NCBI GenBank assembly: GCA_048941265.1
Contig: JBHLNT010000044.1
Span: 1 to 26,965 of the forward strand
Source of the DNA: Promethearchaeota archaeon
Lineage (GTDB): Archaea; Asgardarchaeota; Lokiarchaeia; Sigyniarchaeales; SOKP01
Reading direction: 5' to 3'
DNA: 26,965 nt
Both the position numbers and the translations under genes were made by a program. Positions 9,519 through 18,447 of the stretch are shown piece after piece; the first letter of the stretch is position 1, and each line of letters opens with the position of its first letter. The notes below the pieces were generated by a model, which saw only the letters and a list, made by a program, of their open reading frames with translations, made no database searches and was not told where the DNA came from.

Positions 9519-10625
9519 TTATTTTGCAGGTTCCTTTAGGCGCCAGACTCCATTTCTCTTTTCAATTAATTCACGATTAGCAAATTTTTCGCATACCTCC
9601 CAGAAGTGTTCTTCAGTTATTCCTAAACCCAAGCAAAAATCTGCTAACATTTTTTTGTCTAATTTCCAATCCTCTTCATTTACTAATCTTATAGCATGTT
9701 GGCGTGTCATTTCTCCATCTCTGATAGCTTGGCTACATAATTCTGTCATGCTTGAAAATCCAAACTTCATAAACTTACAGTATTGATCTGCTAAATATCC
9801 TATAGTATCAACTTGTTCATATTCAAATTCTCTTAAACCCTCACGGATCCATTCGCCTGTGTCATGTAGAGACTTGAAACCATTCTTTCTAGCATATTCT
9901 CTATTTGCCGCTCTACTCCAGGGAACATAATAACTGGCAAAGATTACATCTAAAGTTTTCAACTCCTCTATTGAAGGAATAACACCGGGTTGCAAATCCT
10001 TCATCGTAACTCCCTCAACACACCATGTTTCTAGGGGTTCAGGAGATAAAATTCCATTCTTCAACTGGACTAATGCATCTGGAGTTTCACCTTTAATAGG
10101 ACCTCCCGTTTCATAGTTTGTATTTTCTCCATATACAACCAGTTTAATATCTAATTTAAGAGCCATTTGTAGTGGCCAAACATATACTGCTCTATCCCAA
10201 TACATAGTAGGTGTCATTATGTCTTCAAAAAGTTTTCGAGCTAAGATTTTACACATTTTTCTATTCTGTGTTAGTTTAATAATATCTACTCCAAAACGCT
10301 CAGAGAGATTATTATAATTCATTCTTCCTGTCTCTGTCCACGACCCATTATCAACCATCAAACATAATGGATTCATTCCTAACTCCTCCTTAAACAATCC
10401 TACTTGATACGTAGAGTCCTTGCCACCGCTAACAGTAATAATACAATCATAATAATCATCATCTCTCCTATGCTTGTCACATAATTCATCTAATTCTGCT
10501 CTTCTTTTATCCCAGTCGATTTGATCTCTTGTTTCCCAGTATCTACAAGGAAAACAAATACCATCTTCGTGAAAGCTAATACCTGGACGAGTATCAGTTA
10601 TCACACATCTTTTACATCTTTTCAT
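9519..10625 (-). CDS. N-acetyl sugar amidotransferase (WbuX/PseA family, PP-loop ATPase)
   Basis: N-terminal CKRC..DTRPGI.F..DGIC.PC, YDCIITVSGGKDS (PP-loop), GMNPL, YGEN, KFGF, IRDGEMTR. Confidence 0.9.
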   Translation of the reverse strand: MKRCKRCVITDTRPGISFHEDGICFPCRYWETRDQIDWDKRRAELDELCDKHRRDDDYYDCIITVSGGKDSTYQVGLFKEELGMNPLCLMVDNGSWTETGRMNYNNLSERFGVDIIKLTQNRKMCKILARKLFEDIMTPTMYWDRAVYVWPLQMALKLDIKLVVYGENTNYETGGPIKGETPDALVQLKNGILSPEPLETWCVEGVTMKDLQPGVIPSIEELKTLDVIFASYYVPWSRAANREYARKNGFKSLHDTGEWIREGLREFEYEQVDTIGYLADQYCKFMKFGFSSMTELCSQAIRDGEMTRQHAIRLVNEEDWKLDKKMLADFCLGLGITEEHFWEVCEKFANRELIEKRNGVWRLKEPAK

Positions 10626-10947
10626 GTTTTAATTTAATAAAATATCATTTTATTATATGGCTCAAATGATAGATATATAATAAATTTTTATTTTATATTA
10701 ATTATATTAAATATACGGATAAAATCTTTATAGCTCCATCAATTTCATAAAGTATGTCTAAAAAGAGATTAATTATATATATTTCTTTTAAAAATAATTA
10801 ATAAATCCATAGGATTGTCATTTTAAAAATAAAGTTTTATTTAAAAAAAATGATATAAAATTTATCTCTTTGATTATTTTTATTAATTAAGAAGCTAAAA
10901 AGTTAAAATAGCAGAATTTAACTGTATATCAATTCAAAAAAGCGGGT

Positions 10948-11241
10948 ATGAACCATAAGATTTTTGAATATGCGAAAATTATTAAACCGGAAGTAATCGA
11001 AATCGGAGATAATTCTGAAATTGACGATTTTACTTTCATATATAGTGGTAAGGGAATTCATATTGGGCGATATGTATATATATCTCGTTTTGTTAATATA
11101 ATTGGAGGGGGAGAATTATTTTTAGGTGATTATACCGTTTTAGCAGATGGAGTTAGAATTCTAACTGGTACAGACACCTTTAAGGGAGGAGCCAGAATGT
11201 CTACGTGTTTACCTCTCGAACAACATTTGTTAAGTATTTGA
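10948..11241 (+). pseudogene. 3'-truncated hexapeptide-repeat acyltransferase (paralog of 13719-14333)
   Basis: PEVIEIGDNSEIDDFTFIYSGKGIHIGRYVYISRFVNIIGGG aligns with TEVMEIGDHSRIDDFAFLYGGNGIKFGKYVYIASFVSVIGGG. It ends before the IGTNAVIMP...GIPAK C-terminal portion, and no continuation was seen downstream. Confidence 0.8.
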
Positions 11242-11348
11242 TTATATATATGAGAATAAAGTCTCATAGATTTATAAATAAATATACCTTATAATTTGAT
11301 ATTAATCATAATTTTAATAACTTAAAATTAGTTAAAACAAATTAAAAA

Positions 11349-12407
11349 TTGAATTTGAACAATATTAAAATAGAAGGAAAAAGAATTGGATTAAACTCTC
11401 CAGTTTTTTTAATTGCTGAAGCTGGTGTCAATCATAATGGCGAAATTAATTTAGCTAAAAGGATGATTGATATAGCAGAAGATCTAAAGGTAGATGCGAT
11501 AAAATTTCAGACATTTAATGCCGATGATTTAATTCTAAAAACAGTTCCGAAAGTAGAATATCAAAAAGCTTCTAAAACAGATAAAGAGACTTTTTACGAT
11601 TTAATTAAAAAACTAGAATTTACAAAAAATCAATTTAAGGAATTAAAACAATATTGTTTAAAGCGAAATTTAATTTTTTTATCTACTCCATTTGACCAGT
11701 CTTCTGTGAATCTACTCGATGAATTAGGCATTTCAGCATTTAAGGTAAGTTCAGGTGATATGAATAATTATTTTCTATTAAAATTAATCTGCTCTAAAAA
11801 AAAACCCATACTTTTATCTACAGGAATGGCAACTTTAGAAGAAGTCAAAAGTACTATTAGTTTTATTAAATCTAACGGAATTCAAGAAATTGTTCTTTTC
11901 CAATGCACGACAAATTATCCTGCTTCATATGAAGAACTTAACCTTAATGTAATAGATACATATAAGAAATTGTTTCCAAATGTAATATTAGGCTTTTCCG
12001 ATCATTCTTTAGGTATTGAAGCTTCTATAGCAGCAGTAATTAAAGGTGTAAAAGTAATAGAAAAACATTTCACTTTAGATAAAAATATGAAAGGTCCTGA
12101 TCACAGAGCATCTTTAAATCCTGAAGAACTAAAATCTTGGGTAATAGCTATAAGAAATGTAGAAAGATCTTTAGGTAGTTCTATTAAAAAACCTAGTAAA
12201 AAAGAAATTGAAATTAGAAAAATTGCTAGAAAGAGCATTATATCCTCGTTAAATTTGGAAAAAGGAGCTATCTTAAATACTAATAACATTACTGTTAAAA
12301 GACCCGAAGGAGGGATACCTCCTAACGAATTTTATAAAATAATAGGAAAGAGAGTTAAAAAAGATATACTAAAAGACACAATCATTCATTGGGAGGATAT
12401 TGAATAA
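11349..12407 (+). CDS. neuB: Nonulosonic acid (N-acetylneuraminate/legionaminate-type) synthase with C-terminal SAF domain
   Basis: IAEAGVNHNG, DAIKFQTF, FLSTPFD, LSTGMATLEE, QCTTNYP, GFSDHSLG, IEKHFTLDKNMKGPDH, KRPEGGIPP. Confidence 0.95.
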   Translation: MNLNNIKIEGKRIGLNSPVFLIAEAGVNHNGEINLAKRMIDIAEDLKVDAIKFQTFNADDLILKTVPKVEYQKASKTDKETFYDLIKKLEFTKNQFKELKQYCLKRNLIFLSTPFDQSSVNLLDELGISAFKVSSGDMNNYFLLKLICSKKKPILLSTGMATLEEVKSTISFIKSNGIQEIVLFQCTTNYPASYEELNLNVIDTYKKLFPNVILGFSDHSLGIEASIAAVIKGVKVIEKHFTLDKNMKGPDHRASLNPEELKSWVIAIRNVERSLGSSIKKPSKKEIEIRKIARKSIISSLNLEKGAILNTNNITVKRPEGGIPPNEFYKIIGKRVKKDILKDTIIHWEDIE

Positions 12408-13568
12408 ATGGATCAAAAACATGTTTGTGTTGTAACTGGTTCTAGAGCAGACTATAATTATTTGAAATCAACAATTGAGAAGATTAAAAATTCTACTAAA
12501 TTGAAATTATCGCTAATAGTGACTGGAATGCATTTATTAGAAAAACATGGTAAAACCATTAAATTGATAGAAAAGGATCGGATTCCCATAGCGAAAATAA
12601 TACCTATGTACAATGAAAATGATCGTTCTAGTAAAAGTTTAGGAAAATCGGTTGGAGAATCGATAATTAAATTTACTGAAGTGTTTGATGAATTAAAACC
12701 TGATTTATTATTAATTGTTGGAGACCGGTTTGAAGCACTGGTCGCTGCTTTAGCTGCGTCTACATTACATATCCCAATCGCCCATATAGGTGGAGGCGAT
12801 ATTTCAGGAAATATTGATGAAACTTTAAGACATGTTATTACAAAATTATCACATATTCATTTTCCTGCTACACCAACAAGTAAAGAAAGAATTGAAAGAA
12901 TGGGAGAGGAACATTGGAGGATACAGGTGGTCGGCTCAACAACTATTGATACTATTATGAACGAAAATCTTTTGAATAGGGAAAAAATTTGTGATAAATT
13001 GGAGTTAAATGCATCTGAGAAAATCGTACTTTGTGTACTACACCCGAATGTATTTGAGAGTGAAAGGGCAGGAGAACAAATGAAAATAACTCTCCAAGTC
13101 TTAAAAGATATGAATTTACAGACCGTAATTATTTATCCAAACAATGATCTTGGATCACACTTAATTATTCAAGAAATAAATAAAAATAGAAATAATCCTA
13201 AATTTAAAATTTTTAAAAATTTAGAAAGAAAACTCTATTTGAGTTTATTAAAAAATGCGGATTTACTAATAGGAAACTCTAGCGGTGGATTCTACGAAAC
13301 TCCTATATTTAAAATACCAGTTGTAAATCTAGGAACAAGAAATAAATATAGAGAAAAAATTGATAACGTAATTAATGTTGATAACTTTGAGTATAATAAA
13401 ATAAAGAATGCTGTTAACAAATCATTTTCTGATGAATTCAGGCAAATTTGTCAAGATTTCTCAAATCCTTGGGGAGATGGAACAGCATCCGATAAAATAG
13501 TTAATTTTCTCGAGGATTTAGAGATTAACGATAATTTATTAATTAAAAAATTGACATATGATATTTAA
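12408..13568 (+). CDS. neuC: Hydrolysing NDP-N-acetylhexosamine 2-epimerase (NeuC/LegG type)
   Basis: VVTGSRADY, VTGMHL, VGDRFEAL, HIGGGD, DETLRHVITKLSHIHF, YPNNDLG, IGNSSGG, NPWGDG. Directly abuts neuB, with GGGAGG at 12391-12396. Confidence 0.93.
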   Translation: MDQKHVCVVTGSRADYNYLKSTIEKIKNSTKLKLSLIVTGMHLLEKHGKTIKLIEKDRIPIAKIIPMYNENDRSSKSLGKSVGESIIKFTEVFDELKPDLLLIVGDRFEALVAALAASTLHIPIAHIGGGDISGNIDETLRHVITKLSHIHFPATPTSKERIERMGEEHWRIQVVGSTTIDTIMNENLLNREKICDKLELNASEKIVLCVLHPNVFESERAGEQMKITLQVLKDMNLQTVIIYPNNDLGSHLIIQEINKNRNNPKFKIFKNLERKLYLSLLKNADLLIGNSSGGFYETPIFKIPVVNLGTRNKYREKIDNVINVDNFEYNKIKNAVNKSFSDEFRQICQDFSNPWGDGTASDKIVNFLEDLEINDNLLIKKLTYDI

Positions 13569-13718
13569 ATACCGTCAAGGATAACCTTAGGTCGCTTTTT
13601 TAAATAAATATAAATTTATTATTTTTAAATCATTAGAGATATAAAAAGAAATTATAGGATATTTAAAATAAAAAATATTGTTAGAAAGGAATAAATAATT
13701 TAGAAGGAATTTTGAAAA

Positions 13719-14333
13719 ATGGAACATAAAATAATAGAATGTTTTACTAAGATCAAGGAAGGAACGGGATATAGAGATTTACGATCCGATGATTTCAAAA
13801 GTTTTGGTAAGGGTGTTGAAATATATCCTTTAGTTAAATTTGCTAAAACAGAAGTAATGGAGATAGGAGATCATTCTAGAATAGATGATTTTGCTTTTTT
13901 GTATGGAGGAAATGGAATAAAATTTGGAAAATATGTATACATTGCTTCCTTTGTTTCTGTAATTGGAGGTGGAACACTTATCATGGAGGATTTTGCTTCA
14001 GCAGGATGTGGATCTAGATTTATTACAGGAACTAATAGAGTTCATGGGGTTCATATTTCTTCAGTATCTCCACCACCCGTTCAGGAAATTATTCGTGGTG
14101 TAATAAAAGTTGAGAAGGATGGATATATAGGAACTAATGCTGTAATTATGCCTAATGTTACAATCGGTCAAGGTGCCATAGTAGGCGCATGTGCGTTTGT
14201 AAATAAGGATGTAGAGCCTTGGACAATAGTTGGGGGTATACCCGCAAAAATAATTGGAAAAAGAGATCCTTTGGATTATAAAAATTTGGATAAAATAGAA
14301 AAGGATTATTTGGAAAGAAACCCAGGGTGGTGA
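13719..14333 (+). CDS. Left-handed beta-helix (hexapeptide) sugar acyl/acetyltransferase
   Basis: IGDHSRIDDF, IGTNAVIMPNVTIGQGAIVGACAFVNKDVEPWTIVGGIPAKIIGKR. Confidence 0.9.
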   Translation: MEHKIIECFTKIKEGTGYRDLRSDDFKSFGKGVEIYPLVKFAKTEVMEIGDHSRIDDFAFLYGGNGIKFGKYVYIASFVSVIGGGTLIMEDFASAGCGSRFITGTNRVHGVHISSVSPPPVQEIIRGVIKVEKDGYIGTNAVIMPNVTIGQGAIVGACAFVNKDVEPWTIVGGIPAKIIGKRDPLDYKNLDKIEKDYLERNPGW

Positions 14334-14339
14334 TAAATT

Positions 14340-14411
14340 ATGAAATATTGTAAAAATTATTTAATGCCAGATACTCGCTCCGGAATAACTTTTGACGAAA
14401 ATGGTCTATAA
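14340..14411 (+). pseudogene. N-terminal remnant of an N-acetyl sugar amidotransferase
   Basis: ATG 6 nt after the acyltransferase stop gives MKYCKNYLMPDTRSGITFDENGL*, matching MKRCKRCVITDTRPGISFHEDGIC of 9519-10625. The second Cys is lost and there is a premature stop. Confidence 0.8.
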
Positions 14412-14511
14412 CAAGAATCTTTTTATAGATAATAATTATCAAATTATTATAATAAACTATTGGTTTAAGAGAGAATGCTTGGAATTATCTCCATCATAAA
14501 TTTACATTCAA

Positions 14512-16077
14512 TCATTTAGTTAGGATAATATTCATACCATTAATTACATTACAATAAAAATTAGCTTTTTCTAATAATTTTTTCTTATTTTTTCCAAATT
14601 TTTTAATCGCTAATGGATCGAATGAATAATTTATTTTTAAATCTTTAAATTTAAAATCCATATAATAAGATCTCCTTTCTCCTGTAAAAAATGTAAAGCT
14701 TATTTCTGAAAATGCATGTTTATGCGTAGGATCAGAAAAAGAATATTTATGATTCCAATAAACAACTCGAACGTGTAGTTTTCCTCCCGATTTTAAAAGT
14801 CTATGACACTCTCTCATTACCTTTATCGGATCATCTAAATGTTCTAAAATATCGTTCATATAGATCTCGTCAAAAGTCTCATCCTCAAAATCACCCCAAG
14901 GAAAAACATTTAAATCTTGGACAATATCAACTCCAGGTAAATCAGCGATATCGATGCCAATTGCACCGGGAACCTTGTCTTGACCGCATCCCACATCCAA
15001 TATTTTTTTATTTAGCTTTATGTCAGCAGATTCATTTGATTTACTTCCTGATTTTTCTTTCAATTGTTTTTGAGTCATAAATTTTACATCTAATAATGAA
15101 TTATATTTATTTATTAGTAAATTGAATATAGTTGATAATATTTGTTGAAATTTGTTAATTATTTTGAAGTGAAAAGGAATTTTTTTTTCAATAAATAAAT
15201 GATCAAGCCATGCTTTATTGGTTTTTAAAACCCACTGCTTAAACTCTCTAATATTAAGGGCATCATGTTTTTGAAGAACCCTTAAAGCTTTATTTACGGA
15301 GTCTATTAAATATGGTTTTGGGAGGAGATATTTAATAATACCTCTGGCTTGCATGTTATACGTTTTTTTTTCCCATTTCTCATCTAATTCTCTTTCAATT
15401 ATAACGTTCTTATATTTTGGCTCCACTTTCCCTTTTTTGTTCATGATCTGATGAAAGTGAAATGTATCAAAAACTCTTCCATATTTGAAACCTTCTTTTA
15501 AAATTAATTCTTGAAAAATTATATCTTCATTTCGGTACAAAAAATCATCATCAATATTAGAGATGATATTTTTAAAGGCTTTAGTTCTACCCATCTGACT
15601 CCCAGAATAGGCTCTTTTAATCTTTTCTAGATTCCTTTTAAATTCAATCAAAACAACATTGGTACTATCACATTCAAACCAATCATATTGATTTTGATAT
15701 TTTTTCATGTTATCATACCAATTCTCTGGAAGATATACGTCAGAATGTAAATATATAAACCATTTTGTTTCAACAAGTGAAATCAATTCAGTTATACAAT
15801 ATCCCAGAGAAATATACTTGCTTTGTTCTACAATTTTTACTCTAGGAAATTTTTTTAAAATATCAAGTGAATCGTCTGTGATGCCAGCATCTCCTATAAT
15901 TAATCTATTTATTGGAATTTCTCTATAGAACGAAATTAAGCTTCTTTCAAAAAGTATATTTGTATTCATAAGAGGAATGATTACATCAACGCCTTCCTCA
16001 CTTGTTGACGTTTTTCTATCAAAAAATTCCTCTTTTTGAAATAATCTTTCAAGAAGAGATTCATTTATCATATTCAA
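14512..16077 (-). CDS. Fusion of a GT2 (GT-A) glycosyltransferase and a class I SAM-dependent methyltransferase
   Basis: N-terminal part: VDVIIP, IIGDAGITDDS, WFIYLHSDVYLP, NEDIIF. C-terminal part: ILDVGCG, GIDI, DILEHLDD, HRLLKSGG, DPTH. Internal ATG at 15078. Confidence 0.8.
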   Translation of the reverse strand: MNMINESLLERLFQKEEFFDRKTSTSEEGVDVIIPLMNTNILFERSLISFYREIPINRLIIGDAGITDDSLDILKKFPRVKIVEQSKYISLGYCITELISLVETKWFIYLHSDVYLPENWYDNMKKYQNQYDWFECDSTNVVLIEFKRNLEKIKRAYSGSQMGRTKAFKNIISNIDDDFLYRNEDIIFQELILKEGFKYGRVFDTFHFHQIMNKKGKVEPKYKNVIIERELDEKWEKKTYNMQARGIIKYLLPKPYLIDSVNKALRVLQKHDALNIREFKQWVLKTNKAWLDHLFIEKKIPFHFKIINKFQQILSTIFNLLINKYNSLLDVKFMTQKQLKEKSGSKSNESADIKLNKKILDVGCGQDKVPGAIGIDIADLPGVDIVQDLNVFPWGDFEDETFDEIYMNDILEHLDDPIKVMRECHRLLKSGGKLHVRVVYWNHKYSFSDPTHKHAFSEISFTFFTGERRSYYMDFKFKDLKINYSFDPLAIKKFGKNKKKLLEKANFYCNVINGMNIILTK

Positions 16078-16182
16078 TAAAAGTTGTTTTTAATTAAAAA
16101 AATTTTTTAGCAATATTTTTTCATCCCTTCAAATCTCATTTTCAAGTATTTAAATTCGGAAATCTTAAATTTATGATGCAAA

Positions 16183-16492
16183 TTAAAAAATTAAATACTT
16201 TACACTAAATTATTCTATTAATTGCTCAATTGCTTCTCTTCTGAGGTAAAAATTTGTTGCTATAACTGCAGTCTCATATTCCTTATCAATATTTAATGTA
16301 TTTCTTATATTAATTACGTTTTAGATACAATGACCAAAAATAATAGATTTAAAACTTTCTTCCACAATTTTTAAGGAAAGAAGTCAGAGTTAGGATCAAC
16401 AACATCTTATTTAAGGCTATATCGACTCCTTTAATAGCTTTTAAATGGCGATTACCTATATTTCCTGCTTCAATATTCACAATACTATATAA
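16183..16492 (-). pseudogene. Decayed 5' third of a Gfo/Idh/MocA oxidoreductase (paralog of 4618-5595)
   Basis: Minus strand gives IEAGNIGNRHLKAIKGVD...VVDPNSD...RNTLNIDKEYETAVIATN..RREAIEQLIE*FSVKYLIF*. The ATG is lost, GxGxxG is broken (GGA->GAA), and there are frameshifts and stops. Confidence 0.92.
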
Positions 16493-16740
16493 AATAAATT
16501 TATTTCGAGAGATAAAATATCTAATTTTAAGTAAATTTAATAAATTTTAAGAAAAACATCTTCAAGAGTATCCTCTTGCTCATCTATCTTAAAAATTTTA
16601 TATTTAGACAATACAGAGATTAGATCAGGGTAAAAATCTCTATTTTTCAGTATAAAATATAAACCCTTATTATTTAAATCGACTTCAGAAATATAATTTT
16701 TTTGACTTAAATCTGATTTTAATTGATCTTTATTTTCATT
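16183..16740 (-). repeat. Copy B of the inverted duplication (partner 4371-4923)
   Basis: Direct base-by-base comparison with 4371-4923. Confidence 0.92.
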
Positions 16741-17454
16741 GATTGATAAATGAATTTTTATTTCTTTTTTGAATATATATTTCAAATCTTCTTTCTTTAC
16801 AATTTTTAAAATATTTCCATTATTTATAAAAGCAATACGATCACATAATTTTTCTACCAAGCTTAAATCGTGACTCGTTAGCAAGATTGTAGAGTTTTTA
16901 TTTTTCAATTTATCAGCTATTAAAAATTTTGTTTCTATATCGATACCTAATGACGGTTCATCCAAGAATAAAATTGTACGATCTAATAAAAAAGTCCTTA
17001 TTAACGCAAGTTTCATTTTCATCCCACTCGAATAATTTTCTGCAAATTGATTTAACCATTTATCTAACCCAAACTCTTTTGCCATATCAAATATTCTTTT
17101 TTTATCATGAGGTACTTTGTATATCTTACAAAAAAATTTTAAATTAGAATAACCCGTCATTCTTGCATAAACCATTTGACTATCTAACATGAGAGCAATA
17201 GACTCTTTAGCTTTCTTTGGATTTTTCAGTATATGATATCCATTAATTGTGGCATATCCACTCGTTGGCTGTTTCAATGTAGATAATATTTGAATTAAGG
17301 TAGTTTTACCTGCACCATTAGGTCCTAATAATCCGAAGGTCTCATTTTCTTTTATAGATAAATTTACATTATTTAAGGCATAAATTTCTTTCTCTTTGCC
17401 CTTTAATTTATAAATTTTTGTTAAATCAAATGTTTCAATCATATTTTTTGTCAT
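16537..17454 (-). CDS. ABC-2 type exporter ATP-binding subunit
   Basis: Walker A GPNGAGKTT, signature YSSGMKMK, Walker B ILFLDEPS, H-loop LTSHD, C-terminal TLEDVFL. Confidence 0.95.
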   Translation of the reverse strand: MTKNMIETFDLTKIYKLKGKEKEIYALNNVNLSIKENETFGLLGPNGAGKTTLIQILSTLKQPTSGYATINGYHILKNPKKAKESIALMLDSQMVYARMTGYSNLKFFCKIYKVPHDKKRIFDMAKEFGLDKWLNQFAENYSSGMKMKLALIRTFLLDRTILFLDEPSLGIDIETKFLIADKLKNKNSTILLTSHDLSLVEKLCDRIAFINNGNILKIVKKEDLKYIFKKEIKIHLSINENKDQLKSDLSQKNYISEVDLNNKGLYFILKNRDFYPDLISVLSKYKIFKIDEQEDTLEDVFLKIY

Positions 17455-18275
17455 TAATAACCCACAATACCATATTTTCTATAAATCATATTAAATATAT
17501 ACACACCAATAAGAGGCATAATGATACCAAAGGAGATCAAGATAAAAAAATGAAAGAAATGGGAATTAAATGTAAATATAATATTATCTTCTATCCATGT
17601 TAAGCGTAAAATATCAAAAATATAATAAAGAGGATTGAGATTTATAAAATTTTGGAATACTGGAGGAAACAATTCATAGGGATATGAGATACAACTTAAC
17701 CAAATTAAAATATTTATTAAAAAATTCAAAATCATCATCAAGTTTTCATTAGAAATAGCAAAAACACCAATAATAAGGCCAATTCCGCTAAATATTAAAG
17801 CAATAAACAAGAAGATGAGAAGCACAAATAATAGAGTTATGAATGAAATGGGATAATAAATAAAACAAATTACTACAAAAATTATAAAGGGTATCGATAT
17901 TTGTATTAAATTTGCGAAAAAAATTCCTATTAATAAATTAAATCTATAAAATGGAGCAATTATTAATGCCTGTAATGTTTTCCAATATTTTTCGGTTCTA
18001 AATTCTGATTGAAATGTTGTAATAAGCTTACTTAAAAGAAAGATATTGTAAGATAAATATAGATATACCAAAAAATTATCTTTTGTCCATGGGCCAAATT
18101 TGGCATTAAAACTGAAAAATTGACTTAAAATAATAATTGGCATTATTATGTTAAAAATTGGTGTAACTAAAGAAATTATCAAACTCATTTTGAATCTCAA
18201 ACTCATTTTAATATTTTTTTCTGTAATCGCAAAGATTTGAGATAAGTTATCTTTAATATTTCTCACTATTGGCAA
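17454..18275 (-). CDS. ABC-2 type exporter permease
   Basis: About six hydrophobic segments, EKYWKTL..LIIAP, YPYELFP, NPLYYIFDILR. One-base overlap (TAATG) with the ATPase. TTG start. Confidence 0.92.
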   Translation of the reverse strand: MPIVRNIKDNLSQIFAITEKNIKMSLRFKMSLIISLVTPIFNIIMPIIILSQFFSFNAKFGPWTKDNFLVYLYLSYNIFLLSKLITTFQSEFRTEKYWKTLQALIIAPFYRFNLLIGIFFANLIQISIPFIIFVVICFIYYPISFITLLFVLLIFLFIALIFSGIGLIIGVFAISNENLMMILNFLINILIWLSCISYPYELFPPVFQNFINLNPLYYIFDILRLTWIEDNIIFTFNSHFFHFFILISFGIIMPLIGVYIFNMIYRKYGIVGY

Positions 18276-18447
18276 TAAGCATTACCTGATTTCAATTTTT
18301 TTAGCTTTTAATTAATATTTTTTAATATTTTAATGAACAAAGTGGTTAAGAAATTTTTTTATCAATTTAAAATAAAAAATATATCAAAGAATTTATACTC
18401 TTTCATCTAAAGAGCGATAAGCATTAATTAAAATTGTAAACTTTTTG

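Noticed and set aside
10711-10770. Minus-strand LYEIDGAIKI resembling the NeuA 'Y..NGAIY' motif
   Set aside because: Too short, with no supporting flanking similarity.
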